Shown in pieces: positions 62,903 through 64,000 of a stretch of 64,000 nt of DNA. The notes beneath the pieces were generated by a model. That model was not told the DNA's origin. It was given only the letters and a program-made list of their open reading frames with translations, and did not search any database. Position 1 is the stretch's first letter. Every line of letters begins with the position of its first letter. Origin of the DNA: Alistipes sp. (lineage in GTDB: Bacteria > Bacteroidota > Bacteroidia > Bacteroidales > Rikenellaceae); the NCBI GenBank assembly GCA_017403125.1, contig JAFQOR010000013.1, forward strand, positions 38,700 to 102,699, written 5' to 3'. Position numbers and translations under genes: made by a program.

Positions 62903-64000
62903 CTACTGCAAAGTAACGTTAGTAACGTATGACTTGAGGTTAGAGAAGTCGAATGACTTGAAACCGGCAGCTGCACGTGCAGGAGCAGCCTCAGTCTTTA
63001 CCAATGTGAAGTCACCTGCTTTGAGCACAAAGGGAACCTCCTGTGCATAGATATTGAGGTTACTTCCTTTAAGAGCGTAGATCTCCATGCTGGCAACCTT
63101 AACATCCTCACCGTTACCGTTGCGACCTGTATAACCCACTGCATCGAAACCATTCTCAGCCGGAGCAATAACATAACCAGCACCGAATGAATATACACCA
63201 AGATCCTCACCCATTGACAACCATGTGGGAACATAGCCATCAGCATCTGCCTCACCTACTGCAACATAGTCATTGATATACAGAAGACCGGCAGCATCTA
63301 CCGATGCGAGTGCGGGGTATTCGGGATTAATCTCGCTGAAACCGGTAATCAGGACCATCTCAACAGGACCCTGCTCGGTAGAGGCCTCATAAGGCTCCAT
63401 AACAAGTGTACGAGTGTAAGCTGCACATTCGCTGAACGAAGGAGTCAAATATCCATCTGCGCCCTCATCCCAAATAAGTTGCTTGTTGAAAGTAGCAGTG
63501 TAAGTTCCATAGTAATCGCTCTGCTGTGCCAAAGGAGCACCGGTAGTAATCATATCACGCTCCAAGATTGTCTGACCGTTGGCATCAGTTGCCAAGGCTG
63601 CAACCTCAATCTTTGTGTTGGGGGTAGTAGGCATGTTCAACTCAATAAAGCCTTCGCTGTTGATAATCTCAATCCAATCGCCTTCGCCGAATTGCATCTG
63701 CGCAATTACATCTTCGTCTGATGCGCTCTCCGACGCTGTGCCATCCATAACTGCGTACTTAACAGACTTAAGGTTGCTACCGCTCCACTTGATGAAGATG
63801 TAGTTGCAATCATAGATAATCTCCTCGGGAATGTTACGAGTGTAAATCTCCTGCACGAACCAGTCGTTTGAACCCTCAACAGACTGCTTGATAGTAGCCA
63901 TTTCAGAGTTAGAGTAGTTTGAACCGGCAGCAGCCATAGCCTTAACACCTACGGTGTGCTCACCTGATGTAAGACCGGTGAAGGTTACGGTAGTCTCGCT
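62903..64000 (-). CDS. Large surface protein, C-terminal part (5' partial), FN3-like segment
   Basis: Frame is open to the window edge: TTVTFTGLTSGEHTVGVKA; acidic and beta-rich. Confidence 0.7.
   Translation of the reverse strand, partial: SETTVTFTGLTSGEHTVGVKAMAAAGSNYSNSEMATIKQSVEGSNDWFVQEIYTRNIPEEIIYDCNYIFIKWSGSNLKSVKYAVMDGTASESASDEDVIAQMQFGEGDWIEIINSEGFIELNMPTTPNTKIEVAALATDANGQTILERDMITTGAPLAQQSDYYGTYTATFNKQLIWDEGADGYLTPSFSECAAYTRTLVMEPYEASTEQGPVEMVLITGFSEINPEYPALASVDAAGLLYINDYVAVGEADADGYVPTWLSMGEDLGVYSFGAGYVIAPAENGFDAVGYTGRNGNGEDVKVASMEIYALKGSNLNIYAQEVPFVLKAGDFTLVKTEAAPARAAAGFKSFDFSNLKSYVTNVTLQ

Overview
Chromosomal window from a Bacteroidota anaerobe, most like Rikenellaceae/Alistipes (inferred from gene content and repeated TAnnTTTG -7 promoter elements). 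It is mostly housekeeping: pyrB, fmt, mtaB, trkH, glyA, ybaK, yicC-gmk-nadD, rmuC, rpe, rlmB, PPi-dependent pfk, mnmE, parAB, ispE and deoC, plus surface and outer-membrane proteins. Two TPP-riboswitch loci are present: a TonB receptor + PnuC-type uptake pair, and a thiD-thiE-thiC-thi4-tenI operon that uses a non-Cys Thi4 instead of ThiG/ThiH. An AT-rich cassette (C5 DNA methyltransferase + atypical nuclease) sits behind mnmE, whose last 21 codons look foreign. Other oddities: PyrB fused to only the PyrI Zn domain, an amber codon inside parA, a NadD-TPR fusion, a tiny Cys-cluster + wHTH gene pair, a plug-only SusC-like protein, tandem glycosyltransferase paralogs, phased 11-bp intergenic repeats and candidate leaderless genes. 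I saw no tRNA, rRNA, CRISPR array, integrase or transposase, and cannot establish a clearly new system from sequence alone. All family assignments are by motif recognition, not database search.
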